64,000 nucleotides of DNA, from positions 3,133 to 67,132 of the forward strand of contig JBEKCO010000002.1 of assembly GCA_050014835.1 (NCBI GenBank), read 5' to 3'. A program made the translations under genes and the position numbers. The number at the start of each line of letters is the position of its first letter. The stretch's first letter is position 1. The DNA comes from Acidimicrobiales bacterium. Lineage in GTDB: Bacteria; Actinomycetota; Acidimicrobiia; Acidimicrobiales; Bog-793. The notes beneath the pieces were generated by a model. It was not told the DNA's origin, did not search any database, and saw only the letters and a program-made list of their open reading frames with translations. Positions 30,646 to 41,151 of the stretch are shown here, piece after piece.

Positions 30646-31356
30646 CTACGCCGCGCCCTCGCCGAGATAGGCGGCGCGGACGCGCGGGTCCTGGAGCAGG
30701 ACGTCGGCCCGGTCCGACATGACGATCGAGCCGTTCTCGAGGACGTAGGCCCGGTCCGCGAGGTGGAGCGCCTGGGAGGCGTTCTGCTCCACGAGGAGGA
30801 TCGTCGTGCCCTCGTCGCGGATCTCCCGGATGATCTGGAAGATCGTCTTGACGAACATCGGCGCGAGCCCCATCGAGGGCTCGTCGAAAAGTAGGAGACG
30901 CGGGCTGCTCATCAGGGAGCGCGCGATCGCGAGCATCTGCTGCTCGCCCCCCGACAGGGTTCCGCCGTCCTGTCGGCGGCGCTCGGCGAGGACGGGGAAG
31001 AGGGCGTAGACGCGCTCGAGGTTCTTCGAGACGTCCCCCCGGTGGAGGTAGGCGCCCATCTCGAGGTTCTCCAGCACCGTCATCATCGGGAAGATGCGGC
31101 GCCCCTCCGGAACGTGTCCGACGCCGAGCTCCACGATGTCGTGGCTCGGCATGCGTTGGATCGGCGTGCCGTCGAACACGACGGTCCCGGCATTCGGGTG
31201 GATGAGCCCCGAGATCGTCCGCAGGGTGGTCGACTTGCCGGCGCCGTTGGCGCCGAGCAGGGCGACGATCTCGCCCGGGTCGACCTTGAGGCTGACCGCG
31301 CGCAGCGCCCGGATGGGTCCGTAGCGGACCTCGACGCGGTCGAGCTCGAGCAGCAC
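30646..31356 (-). CDS. livF: branched-chain amino acid ABC transporter ATP-binding protein (LivF-type)
   Basis: GANGAGKST Walker A, LSGGEQQML signature and LLLFDEPS Walker B. Confidence 0.9.
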   Translation of the reverse strand: MLLELDRVEVRYGPIRALRAVSLKVDPGEIVALLGANGAGKSTTLRTISGLIHPNAGTVVFDGTPIQRMPSHDIVELGVGHVPEGRRIFPMMTVLENLEMGAYLHRGDVSKNLERVYALFPVLAERRRQDGGTLSGGEQQMLAIARSLMSSPRLLLFDEPSMGLAPMFVKTIFQIIREIRDEGTTILLVEQNASQALHLADRAYVLENGSIVMSDRADVLLQDPRVRAAYLGEGAA

Positions 31357-31358
31357 GG

Positions 31359-32234
31359 CTACTCGGCCCCGTCGTCGGGGGCGTCGGGCGGGACGTGGTG
31401 GTCATCCTCTTCGTCCGCCGGCGCGCCGAGGTAGGCCTCGATGACGTCGGGATTGTGCTGCACCTCGGACGGCGTGCCCGAGGCGATCACCCGGCCGAAG
31501 TTGAGGACGATGATCCGTTGGGCGAGCGACATGACGAGGCCCATGTCGTGCTCGATCAGGAGCACGGTGACCCCGAGCTCGTTGTTCACACGACGGATGA
31601 GCGTGGCGAGCTCGATCTTCTCGGCCGGATTCGTCCCGGCGGCCGGTTCATCGAGGAGGAGGAGCTGCGGGCTCGTCCCGAGGGCACGGGCGATCTCGAG
31701 CCGCCGTCTCGCCCCGTACGGGAGGGCACTGGCGAGCTCGTTCGCCCGCGAGCGAAGGCCGACGAAATCGAGGAGGCGCGCCGCACGCGCGTCGCCCTCA
31801 CGCTCTTCCTTTCTCGTGCGGGGCAGGCGCAGCATCGCCCCGACGGGCCCGGTGTGCTGGCGCGACTCGACCCCGATCTTCACGTTCTCGAACGCGGTGA
31901 GGGCGTTGAAGAGCCTGCTCGTCTGGAAGGTCCGCGCGATCCCGAGGCGGTTCACGCGGTGCGGTTTGCGGCCGACGATCTGGGTGGCCCGGCCCTCGTT
32001 GGCGTAGAAGTTGATGGAGCCCGCCTGCGGGTGGTAGACGCCGGTGAGGCAGTTGAAAAGGCACGTCTTGCCGGCTCCGTTCGGGCCGATGACGGAGAGC
32101 AGTTCACCCCGGGCCTGGTTGAGCGTCACCTCGACGAGGCTCTTCACCCCGCCGAAGCTCAACGAGACGTTGTCGACGTCGACGATGATGTCGCCGGAGA
32201 CTGTCGCGGCCGTGGTGTCGACGGTCGTCGTCAC
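31359..32234 (-). CDS. livG: branched-chain amino acid ABC transporter ATP-binding protein (LivG-type)
   Basis: GPNGAGKT Walker A and LLLLDEPAAG. GTG 32234 overlaps the livM stop (GTGA). Confidence 0.9.
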   Translation of the reverse strand: MTTTVDTTAATVSGDIIVDVDNVSLSFGGVKSLVEVTLNQARGELLSVIGPNGAGKTCLFNCLTGVYHPQAGSINFYANEGRATQIVGRKPHRVNRLGIARTFQTSRLFNALTAFENVKIGVESRQHTGPVGAMLRLPRTRKEEREGDARAARLLDFVGLRSRANELASALPYGARRRLEIARALGTSPQLLLLDEPAAGTNPAEKIELATLIRRVNNELGVTVLLIEHDMGLVMSLAQRIIVLNFGRVIASGTPSEVQHNPDVIEAYLGAPADEEDDHHVPPDAPDDGAE

Positions 32235-33574
32235 GAGATCTCGCTCGAGGATCCGCTCATCGCGTCGGCCGTGCCGACGCCGTGCTCGGCGAGACCGATC
32301 TCGCGCTTTCGTCTTCGTGACGGGATCATCCCTTCGGGCCGGAAGATCATCATGATCACCAGGATCGCGCCGAGGTAGATGAAAAGGTCCTGATCCTGGA
32401 ACCCGAACAACGGGTGCTCCCGCAGGTACCAGGGGAACCACTGGAGCACGGCGGCCCCGAGGACGGCGCCGAGCAACGATCCCATCCCGCCGAAGATGAC
32501 GAGGACGAGGATGAGGATAGAGAGCTGGACCGTGAAGTCACCGGGCTCGATGAACGAGATCTTGCTGGACTCGAGCATTCCCGCGAAGCCCGAGGTCGAC
32601 GCCCCGATGGCGAAGGCCAGGATCTTGTACTTCAGCACGTTGATCCCGGTCGACTCGGCGGCGACTTCGTCCTCCCGAATTGCCGTCCAGGCGCGCCCCA
32701 CCCGCGAATGCTCGAGGAAGGAGTAGGCGATCAGCGCGAGCACGACGAACGCGAGGAGTAGGTAGTAGTAGGGAAGCGGGTCGATCAGCCACGAGTAGTG
32801 GATGTGGAGCAGGTTGACCGACGGATGGGGAATTCCGATCACTCCTTGAGCGCCACCGGTCACCCCCTGCAGGTTGGTCGCGACGATCTGGATGATCTCG
32901 CCGAATCCGAGCGTCACGATCGCGAGGTAGTCACCTCGGAGACGCAGCGTCGGCGCGCCGATGAGGACGCCGGCGAGCATCGCGGTGGCGATCGCGAACG
33001 GGATGGCCCAGAACGCGTTGACGACCATCGGTGGATGGACGGGGAGCGCGCCGGTCCAGTACGCGGTCGAGTAGGCGCCGATCGCGTAGAAGGCGATGTA
33101 GCCGAGGTCGAGGAGGCCCGCGTAGCCGACGACGACGTTCAGGCCGATCGCGAGCAGCACGTAGATGCCGATCTGGTCGACGAGGACGTCCTGCCAGAAG
33201 GCGTTGACGTGCAACGGAAGAATGATCGCTATCGCGAGCGCGGCGGCGTAGACGAAGAGGCGCACGCGCCGGTCCGGCATCACACGCCTCGGCAGCGTCA
33301 TGACATTGTTGCTCGTGCGCTTGATCGCCTCGCCCCAGCGGTGCTGGGCGGTGATGACCGCCCAGAGGCCGACGCCGAGTGCGAGGAAGGCGAGGACGCG
33401 CGGATGGAACAGCGATCCGGTGAAACCGGACACCGGCGCGCTGTTGCTCCCCGAGGGTCCGGTCATGAGCGCGAGCACGAGCATGCCGAACACGCAGGCG
33501 AACAGGCGCCGGATCTCGACGTTCTGTCTGGCCGATCGGACCCGGGAGACGGCGGTCGCGGCGAAGGCGCTCAT
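32231..33574 (-). CDS. livM: branched-chain amino acid ABC transporter permease (LivM-type)
   Basis: Polytopic membrane protein at the expected operon position. 4-nt overlaps on both sides. Confidence 0.88.
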   Translation of the reverse strand: MSAFAATAVSRVRSARQNVEIRRLFACVFGMLVLALMTGPSGSNSAPVSGFTGSLFHPRVLAFLALGVGLWAVITAQHRWGEAIKRTSNNVMTLPRRVMPDRRVRLFVYAAALAIAIILPLHVNAFWQDVLVDQIGIYVLLAIGLNVVVGYAGLLDLGYIAFYAIGAYSTAYWTGALPVHPPMVVNAFWAIPFAIATAMLAGVLIGAPTLRLRGDYLAIVTLGFGEIIQIVATNLQGVTGGAQGVIGIPHPSVNLLHIHYSWLIDPLPYYYLLLAFVVLALIAYSFLEHSRVGRAWTAIREDEVAAESTGINVLKYKILAFAIGASTSGFAGMLESSKISFIEPGDFTVQLSILILVLVIFGGMGSLLGAVLGAAVLQWFPWYLREHPLFGFQDQDLFIYLGAILVIMMIFRPEGMIPSRRRKREIGLAEHGVGTADAMSGSSSEIS

Positions 33575-34497
33575 GCCGACCGCCCGAGTCGCTCGCCGAG
33601 GATGCCCGTCGGCCGGATGATGAGGACGAGCACGAGGATCCCGAAGGCGATGACGTCACGCCACTCGGTCGGGGCGCAGGTGACGCCGAGGTTCTCGAAG
33701 ATGCCGAGGAGCAGTCCGCCGAGCATCGCGCCTCGGATGTTACCGATGCCGCCCAGGACGGCCGCGGTGAAGGCCTTGAGGGCTGGGGTGAAGCCCATCG
33801 TGTAGACGACGCCGGAGGAGAGACCGAAAAGGAACCCCGCGGCGCCCCCGAGGATCCCCCCGAGGATGAAGGTCTGGGCGATGACGCGATCGATGTTCAC
33901 GCCCATGAGGCTCGCCGTCTCGGCGTCCTGGGCGACGGCGCGGATCCCACGACCGAGCCGGGTGGCGGCGACGATGCGGTCGAGGACGAGGAGCATGATC
34001 ATCGCCGCGATCGCGATCACGACGTAGTAGGTCTGGACCTGAGCGCCGAAGACGGTGAAGACGGTGCCATTCGTGTACGCGGCGGGCATCGAGACCGCGT
34101 TACGGCCGAATTCCTTCCCCGCGAGGTTGTAGAGGAAGTACGACGCGCCGATCGCGCTGATGAGGAAGGCGAGGCGGGGCGCCTTTCTCCGACGGAGGGG
34201 ACGGTAGGCGACGCGCTCGAGCAGATAGGCGATCGTGGCGCCGCCGACGGCACCGGCCGCAGTGCCCAAGATGACGAGCAGGACCGAGTCGACCCCGCTC
34301 GGATGGGAGTTGCCGATCACCGCGTTGAGGACGAAGTAGCCGGCGAAGCCCCCGCTCATGAAGACCTCGCTGTGGGCGAAGTTGATGAGCTGCAGCACGC
34401 CGTAGACCAGCGTGTAACCGAGTGCGATCAGCGCATAGAGGAACCCGTTGGCAATGCCGCCAATGAGGAAGCTCCAGAAGTTCTGCGTGAAGCACAT
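33571..34497 (-). CDS. livH: branched-chain amino acid ABC transporter permease (LivH-type)
   Basis: Polytopic, 308 aa, typical LivH N-terminus (…GIANGFLYALIALGYTLVYG). Confidence 0.88.
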   Translation of the reverse strand: MCFTQNFWSFLIGGIANGFLYALIALGYTLVYGVLQLINFAHSEVFMSGGFAGYFVLNAVIGNSHPSGVDSVLLVILGTAAGAVGGATIAYLLERVAYRPLRRRKAPRLAFLISAIGASYFLYNLAGKEFGRNAVSMPAAYTNGTVFTVFGAQVQTYYVVIAIAAMIMLLVLDRIVAATRLGRGIRAVAQDAETASLMGVNIDRVIAQTFILGGILGGAAGFLFGLSSGVVYTMGFTPALKAFTAAVLGGIGNIRGAMLGGLLLGIFENLGVTCAPTEWRDVIAFGILVLVLIIRPTGILGERLGRSA

Positions 34498-34584
34498 CGG
34501 GTGGTTCTCCGCCGGGCCAATGCCGTCCCCCGCGGCCGGGGATCCCGCATGACGCGGGTCCCCCGGCCGCGGAAGGGGCGAAGG

Positions 34585-35796
34585 TTAGGACGATTTTATG
34601 AGCGAGAGGGTCGAGCCGAGCTCGACGATCTTTCCTTTCTCAACCTCGTAGACGTAAATCGTCTTTCCTGAGACGTTGCCGTTCGTCTCGAACTTGATTG
34701 TCTTCGTGATGCCGACGTACGTCGCCTTGTGCAGGGCCTTGACGATCGCCGCGCGGGTGACATGCGACCCGAGCGACTTCATGACCGAGATGATGACGTT
34801 CGTCGCGTCAAACGCCTCGGGGGTGTATGTCCCGCTCGCGAAGCCGGCGAGCTGCTTGAACGCCGTGCCGAACGAGTTGTCCTCGGCGTTGTTCTGCAGG
34901 GCCGAGCACGCGCACGTGATCAGGGTGTCGTTGGCGACCGTCAGGGTCGCCTCGCTGACGTAGTGCGGGTCGAGGCTGCCGTCGTCGGACATGAGCTGGC
35001 CCTTGTAACCCGCGGCGCGCAGCGCCTTGGCGAACAGGGCAAAGTCGCAGTAGTAGCCGCCGTAGAACAGCAGCGGGGCCTTGCTGGAGACGACCTGTGA
35101 GGCCAGGGCACCGTACTCCTGGACGTTGCCGGTGCCGGCCTGGCACTGGGTGGTCCCGGGGGCGGTTTGGTGGGTGAACTTCACGCCATCGTGCGTGAGG
35201 CGAGTGTCGAGGGCTCCGACGAGGCCGGACCCGTACGAGCTCGCGTCGTCGACGGTGTAGACGGACTTCAACTTCAGGGCCTTGGCGATGTAGTCAGCGT
35301 CGTAAGGTCCCTGCGCGTTGTCGTCAGCGACGACGCGGAAGAAGTTGTTCCATCCCTCGTCGGCGAGCTGCGGGTTTGTCGCCGACGGGCTGACCGTCGC
35401 GAGATCCGCTGCTGAGAAGATCGGCTCGGCTGCCTTCGTCGCGCCGGAGAATGCCGGACCGACGACGGCGACGACCGAGGAGTTGGTGACGAGGGCCTCA
35501 GCGGCCGTCGGTGACTCGGTGGCCGATCCCTGGTCGTCCTGCTCGGCGTACTGGAGTTTGAAAGGCAGTTTGCCGAACGTCTTGCCCTGGTTCGCCCATC
35601 TGATCGCGAGTTCGACGGCGTACTTCATGTTGAGTCCGAGCTGGGCGTTGCCGCCAGAAAGCGGACCTTCGTACGCGATGGTGTACGTCGGCTCGGACGA
35701 ATGCGAGGTGCTCGCCATCGCCACTCCGCCGAACGTGCCGAGTGTCAGCGCGACCGCGACGAGCGGAACGCCGATCCTGAGGATTTTTTGATGCAT
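34585..35796 (-). CDS. livK: ABC transporter substrate-binding protein (LivK/BraC-type, Peripla_BP_6-like)
   Basis: It has a signal peptide, is 403 aa, and is the first gene of the liv-type operon. Confidence 0.85.
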   Translation of the reverse strand: MHQKILRIGVPLVAVALTLGTFGGVAMASTSHSSEPTYTIAYEGPLSGGNAQLGLNMKYAVELAIRWANQGKTFGKLPFKLQYAEQDDQGSATESPTAAEALVTNSSVVAVVGPAFSGATKAAEPIFSAADLATVSPSATNPQLADEGWNNFFRVVADDNAQGPYDADYIAKALKLKSVYTVDDASSYGSGLVGALDTRLTHDGVKFTHQTAPGTTQCQAGTGNVQEYGALASQVVSSKAPLLFYGGYYCDFALFAKALRAAGYKGQLMSDDGSLDPHYVSEATLTVANDTLITCACSALQNNAEDNSFGTAFKQLAGFASGTYTPEAFDATNVIISVMKSLGSHVTRAAIVKALHKATYVGITKTIKFETNGNVSGKTIYVYEVEKGKIVELGSTLSLIKSS

Positions 35797-36119
35797 GAAT
35801 GCCCCCTTTGATACGAAGTCGAGCCGAGCTGTCCCGGACTGCGTTGGCGAGACTGTAGCCAGTCGAGCAACAGAACTGAAATCGAACTGTCATGATGAAG
35901 CGACGCCGCCGCGGACGGCGCACGCAGGGCCGACTCCCCGGGACCGGCGGCCGAGGGCGGCGCGCATCGCGATCGAAGCGACTTGCTGTGTTGCGGCGGG
36001 GGCCGGCGGGATGATTGCCGCCGCGTTCGGTCGTCGGTCTCGCCGTGGGCCCCGCACCTGGCGTCCGTCCGCACCGCAATCTCGTGGGATATCCGGTGGG
36101 GTCGTGGTGAGCCAGTACC

Positions 36120-37466
36120 GTGCGAAACGTGGTGAAACGCCGGTCACTGGGCCTTCCGTCGAGCAAGTCCGAGCGCAAGCTCGTGGTGGCGCTCTGTGCA
36201 ACGACGTTCCTGCTCTGGATCGGCGGAAGCTCGATTCTCCCGCTGCTCCCTTCGTACCTCCGCCAGCACGGGTCGACGCCCGGGCTGATCGGTCTCGTCA
36301 TGGCTTCGTACTTCGCGGCGAGCGTCATGACGCAGTTCCCGGCGGGCAGAGTCTCTGACCGGATCGGACGACGGCCGGTGCTCGTCGCCGGCCTCGTGTT
36401 GTTCGCTCTCGGCAGCATCGGTTTCGCGCTGACGTCCGGCGCGGGCTTCGCCATCGTTTCGCGGGCCCTCCAAGGTGTCGGCGCCGGCGCCGTGACCGTC
36501 GCGTCCGCCGCGACGATCGGCTCGGTGGTGGCGGTTTCCGAGCGCGGGGGTTCGTTCGGCGCACTGTACGGGAGCCAGATGGCCGCGCTCGCGGTGGGCC
36601 CGCTCGTCGGGAGCCTCATCGGCGCCACCTCGATGCGCCTCCTTTTCGTGATCGGCGCCGCGTCGGCGTTCGCCGCGGTCGTGCCGGTCGCTTCATTCAT
36701 CCCCTCGAGGCGTCCCCAGGGAGTGACCCTGCGGGTTTCGGCACGCGACGGGGTCCGCGTCGAGGAACTGGAAGCCCTCTCCGGGGGAGCTCCGGGCGGG
36801 CTCGGTCTCGCCGGGGCGCCGCGCGGTCTCAGGCTCTCCCCGGCGGTCGTGGGCGTCGTCTTCGCCTTCGTCGCCACGGGTGGGCTCGTCGGGGTCTACG
36901 AGGCCTGCTGGACGCTTCTGCTGAGGCTGCGTGGCGCGACGACCTTCGACGTCGGATTGTCGTGGACGCTCTTCGCACTGCCGTTCGCCGTGCTGTCATT
37001 GCCAGCCGGGCGACTCGCCGACCGATTCGACCGGCGCGTCCTCGCCCTTGGCGGGCTGATCGCCTCGGCAGCCTTCTGTTCGGCCTATCCGTTCATCCAT
37101 CTCGTGCCGCTGCTCGTCGCGCTGGGGTCGCTGGAGGCGGCGTGTTCGGTCGTCGGCGCGCCGGCCGCGGTGCTGATCCTCACGGAGGCGACCGAGGCGG
37201 AAACGCAGGGCCAAGCTCAAGGCGCGATCGAGACCGGACGCACCGCGGCGACCGCGGTATCCGCCGCCGCGGCCGGCACCCTGTTCGCCGTCGGCCCCGT
37301 CATCCCGTTTGTGCTGGCCGCGTCCTGTGCCGTCGTCGCCTGCGGCTTCGTCGCGTGGCTGTGGCGGGACGTCGAGGGCAGGTCGGCAACAGCGACGGCG
37401 GAGGGGGTGCAAGCCGCGCGCCGATCGGTCGACACGGTCAACGGCGAAACGCACCGGAACCCGTGA
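36120..37466 (+). CDS. MFS transporter
   Basis: About 12 hydrophobic helices and GRVSDRIGRRPVL (MFS loop 2-3 motif). Confidence 0.85.
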   Translation: MRNVVKRRSLGLPSSKSERKLVVALCATTFLLWIGGSSILPLLPSYLRQHGSTPGLIGLVMASYFAASVMTQFPAGRVSDRIGRRPVLVAGLVLFALGSIGFALTSGAGFAIVSRALQGVGAGAVTVASAATIGSVVAVSERGGSFGALYGSQMAALAVGPLVGSLIGATSMRLLFVIGAASAFAAVVPVASFIPSRRPQGVTLRVSARDGVRVEELEALSGGAPGGLGLAGAPRGLRLSPAVVGVVFAFVATGGLVGVYEACWTLLLRLRGATTFDVGLSWTLFALPFAVLSLPAGRLADRFDRRVLALGGLIASAAFCSAYPFIHLVPLLVALGSLEAACSVVGAPAAVLILTEATEAETQGQAQGAIETGRTAATAVSAAAAGTLFAVGPVIPFVLAASCAVVACGFVAWLWRDVEGRSATATAEGVQAARRSVDTVNGETHRNP

Positions 37467-37501
37467 GCAACCCCCCGGTGGCCGGTTGGTAGCGTCGAAC
37501 C

Positions 37502-37900
37502 ATGGCGCTGATCGTCGAAGGGATCGTCGTCGAAGGGGACCATCGCGGGCGCGAGCTCGGGTTCCCGACGGCGAACCTCGAGCCGGCGGACGGACGGGGA
37601 TGTCCCGAGGACGGCGTCTACGCCGGCTACGTCGTCAGGGCCGACGGGACGAGGCACGTTTCTGCGATCTCGGTCGGGCGACGGCCCACCTACTACGACA
37701 ACGAGGGGCGCCTGGTCGTCGAGGCGCACCTGTTGGACTTCGACGACGATCTGTACGGCGAACGGCTGATCGTGCACATCGGCCAGTTCATCCGTGGGCA
37801 ACTCCGGTTCAGCTCGGTGGAGGATCTCCGCGAGAAGATCTCCGAGGATGTCGCGGCGGTGCGCGCCGTCGCGGTCGTGGTGGACGACTCGGCGAGCTGA
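37502..37900 (+). CDS. stand-alone riboflavin kinase (RibF C-terminal-domain homologue)
   Basis: GDHRGRELGFPTANL…YAGYV…GRRPT…EAHLLDFDDDLYGE…RF. It is 132 aa with no FAD-synthetase domain. Confidence 0.85.
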   Translation: MALIVEGIVVEGDHRGRELGFPTANLEPADGRGCPEDGVYAGYVVRADGTRHVSAISVGRRPTYYDNEGRLVVEAHLLDFDDDLYGERLIVHIGQFIRGQLRFSSVEDLREKISEDVAAVRAVAVVVDDSAS

Positions 37901-37983
37901 GCGCGGCCAACGTCGCGATCTGTCGACTCGGATTCGCGTCCGTTTCGTAGCATCCACCCGGTGGGTGGGAGGAACGGTCCAGG

Positions 37984-40900
37984 ATGGAGCCGGTGTCCCT
38001 CGTGATCGCGGCAAATTTTGGCGGAGTCCCGGCGCTTGGCGCGGGTCTCTTGCTGCTCGCCGGGGCCTGGGGATGGTCAGAGAACGAGCGACGCCGTTCG
38101 GACCGGCGTCTTGAGAGGCTCCTCCGATCGGAATCCGGCGAAGTCAGGCGATATGCAGTGCAATCAGTCGCGGACCCGCGCCGCCACGCGGCGAGACTGC
38201 TCGCCTATCGCCTCTCCGAACGCGATCCGGAGAACCTGCGGCTCCTCGCGCAGCACGTCAAGACCTGTCGATGGTCGCGCTCCCAATCGCCAGACTGGTT
38301 GACGCTTCGCCTCTGGGCGTTCTCTTACGTACCGGAGGACGCGGTGCCGGGACCTGGACGCGTTCGGCACCGCCCGTACAGACAGATCGCCCCCGAACCG
38401 GAGATCGGCGCGAGCGGCGCGAGTGTCGACAAGGGCATCTCACCTGCCGCCAGCCTCGTCGTTGATCTGGCCATCGTGGTTGGCCTCGTGTACGCAACCT
38501 GGATCGTCGGTGTGCGGTCGGGCGCGTTCACCGGATTCCCATCGGGTTACGACGCACTGAGCCATATCGCGACGATTCGGCTCGTGCTCGACAACTTCCC
38601 GCACCTACTTTGGAATTACGCCTGGTACGGGGGTTTTCCTGCGTATCCGGGTTCCTACCCTCCCTTCTATACCCTGGCCGTCGCCGCCGGTGTCGCGGCC
38701 AGCGGGTCGTCGATCGTGCAAGCGATGGACGTCGCGACCGCGGCGATCTACATGGTCGCGGTCGTCTCCCTCTACGGGTTCGTCCGTGCGCTCGGTCGGA
38801 GTCGGCTCGCCGCGGTCGGCGCGGCGGTGATCCTGCTCGGGGCACCGACCCTGTGGTCGGCCTCGCTCGCAGACGGAAGTTACCCGCGACTGTTCGCGAT
38901 GGCGTTCATTGATCTCGCGACGCTGCTCGCCGTCTGGACGGCGAGACGGCCAACGAGACCGCGGATCGCCCTCACCTCGCTCACGCTCGCGATCGCTCTC
39001 GGTGCCCACCCCGTGGTGGGCTGTATAGGCGTCTTGCAGGTCGCGGTGGTGCTCCTCGCCGTTCCTCGTTTCCCGTTCGAGCGCCGGCTCCGCTTGACGG
39101 CCGGAGTCATGTCTGTCGTCGTCGGATTGTCGGCCTGGTTCTACATCCCATATGTGCTGCGCCCGCACGCGTACTACCTGCCTGCAGCCCAACCCGCACT
39201 GACCACCGGCACGCCCGCCGAGATCGGCAGTCTCGTGGGAATTGCCGGCAATCGACCGCTCGCCGCCCTCCCCGCGGTGCTCGTGCCGCTCACAGTCCTT
39301 TTGGGCGTCGCGATTGTGATCCTCTTGCGGCGGCCGCGACGAGCTCGCGGACAAACTGTGGAAGAAACTCGCGGCCTTCCCTGGCGGACCCGGCGCGAGC
39401 GCCTTTCCCATCCGCTCGGAGTTGCAGGCGCGTGCCTCATTCCCGTCGGGTGCTGTCTCGTCTACGCCTACATCGACTACATCCACGGTGTCCGGCTGAC
39501 CTTCAACGGGGTCTTTCCGTACCAGATCCTCACGTACGCGGTGTGGCCGCTGGCGGGGGCGTTCGGCATCGCGCTCGGGTCCGTTCTCTCCATCGCGCGG
39601 TCCCGGGCGCCCCAGCTCGCCGTGGGAGCCGTCGTCGTCGCGGTCGCGTTCGGCAACCTGGGCCTGAGCGCGCCTCTCTTCAAAGGCGCGTCCTACACGT
39701 TGGATTCTTCCGGGACGAAGCGCCTGATCGCTGCGTTGCCGAAGACGCAGGCGAGTCTCGACGAGCGCCTCGCCGGGACAGAGGACACCGAGACGATATG
39801 GGCGAGCGCGTACACGCGCACACCGAATGTTCGAGGTGGCTTCGTGCAAGGAATCCTGAACCCGGGTGATCAGACGGCGCTCGAGAACAGTCTCAAGGAG
39901 AAGTCCGTGCCGGGCACCGTGCGCTCGTTCATGACCGACTGGTACGGCATCGAGTGGATCTATGCGCCGACTGCGGCGATAAGCGAATCGCTGTTCGGGT
40001 CCCAGCCAGGCAAATACCGATTGATCGAGACGATCCCCGGCACGCCCGAGCGGACCTACCGGGTCGTGCATCCGACGCCGATCCTCTCGGCGACCGACGC
40101 CCCCACGGTGCTCGTGATCGGCATTCCAGAGGACTACTCGCTCGTTTTACAAGATCTCGCCCTGGCCGGAACGCCGACGGCCGACCTCATCCCGGTGCAG
40201 GGTACGCAGTACGTCGACGACTACAGCCTTGCCGATCTTGAACAGTTCCAGTCGGTAGTGCTGTACGGATTCTCCGCGCACTCCGACGCAGCGGCCGCGA
40301 CGTTGCTGGACGCATATGTCCGCCAAGGTGGGCGGCTCATAGTCGAGACCGCGGGCAACGTGCCGATCGTCGAGCAGATCGCCGCGCTCGCGCCTGGCGT
40401 CTTCCCGGTCACCGACTGGGGCGACATGGAGATCGATCGCTCCTGGAATTTCCGCGCCTTCAGCGGACCGCTGACCGCGGGGGTCCCCTTCTCTGACTTC
40501 GGACCAGCCCTCTACGGCAGTCATCCCTGGCTCGTCGAGATCGCCGAGCAACGGGCAGCGGGGGCGAAGATCGTCCTCGAGGCGGACGGTCAAGCGGTCG
40601 TCGTCGCGGGGCGTGACGGCGCCGGGACCGTCGTCATGAGCGGAATGAACCTGCCGTACCACGCGGCGGCATTTGACAACACGAGTGAGGCCGACTTCCT
40701 CCTCGGGTTGATCGACGGGTCATATGCCCGGCCGGCCGCGCCGGCGCCGTCCCGTTACGGGGTCCGTTTCGAAGGCGCCGACGCGGTCGAGGTCGACGTG
40801 CGTGCCGGAAGTGTTCGAGGGGTGCTTTTCAAGGAGAACGACTATCCGGACTGGCACGCGACCGTTGACGGGACCGCGGCGGCGATCTACCCGGCGGGTC

Positions 40901-41151
40901 CAGGGATGATGTATGTCCCGCTCGCCGACGGAGCGCCCGTGCGTGTCGGGATCTTCTACCGTCTTTCCGCTGTCGAGGACGCGTCGACCGGCATCACGCT
41001 CGCGATGCTCGTGTTGCTCGCGTTGTTCGTCCTCATTCCGAAAGCGATTTGGGACGCGGTGCTCAGCCGGCTGATCCGGTGGCGTCGCCGGGTCCCGGCC
41101 GTCGCCCAGCACCGCAGTGAGCCGGGGAAGATCGGTCCCGAGCCCGGTTAG
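37984..41151 (+). CDS. large polytopic membrane protein, possibly a GT-C-fold glycosyltransferase
   Basis: 1055 aa. The segment aa ~150-600 is strongly hydrophobic with many helices. A ~400-aa soluble region and a terminal TM follow. No catalytic motif was recognised. Confidence 0.7.
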   Translation: MEPVSLVIAANFGGVPALGAGLLLLAGAWGWSENERRRSDRRLERLLRSESGEVRRYAVQSVADPRRHAARLLAYRLSERDPENLRLLAQHVKTCRWSRSQSPDWLTLRLWAFSYVPEDAVPGPGRVRHRPYRQIAPEPEIGASGASVDKGISPAASLVVDLAIVVGLVYATWIVGVRSGAFTGFPSGYDALSHIATIRLVLDNFPHLLWNYAWYGGFPAYPGSYPPFYTLAVAAGVAASGSSIVQAMDVATAAIYMVAVVSLYGFVRALGRSRLAAVGAAVILLGAPTLWSASLADGSYPRLFAMAFIDLATLLAVWTARRPTRPRIALTSLTLAIALGAHPVVGCIGVLQVAVVLLAVPRFPFERRLRLTAGVMSVVVGLSAWFYIPYVLRPHAYYLPAAQPALTTGTPAEIGSLVGIAGNRPLAALPAVLVPLTVLLGVAIVILLRRPRRARGQTVEETRGLPWRTRRERLSHPLGVAGACLIPVGCCLVYAYIDYIHGVRLTFNGVFPYQILTYAVWPLAGAFGIALGSVLSIARSRAPQLAVGAVVVAVAFGNLGLSAPLFKGASYTLDSSGTKRLIAALPKTQASLDERLAGTEDTETIWASAYTRTPNVRGGFVQGILNPGDQTALENSLKEKSVPGTVRSFMTDWYGIEWIYAPTAAISESLFGSQPGKYRLIETIPGTPERTYRVVHPTPILSATDAPTVLVIGIPEDYSLVLQDLALAGTPTADLIPVQGTQYVDDYSLADLEQFQSVVLYGFSAHSDAAAATLLDAYVRQGGRLIVETAGNVPIVEQIAALAPGVFPVTDWGDMEIDRSWNFRAFSGPLTAGVPFSDFGPALYGSHPWLVEIAEQRAAGAKIVLEADGQAVVVAGRDGAGTVVMSGMNLPYHAAAFDNTSEADFLLGLIDGSYARPAAPAPSRYGVRFEGADAVEVDVRAGSVRGVLFKENDYPDWHATVDGTAAAIYPAGPGMMYVPLADGAPVRVGIFYRLSAVEDASTGITLAMLVLLALFVLIPKAIWDAVLSRLIRWRRRVPAVAQHRSEPGKIGPEPG

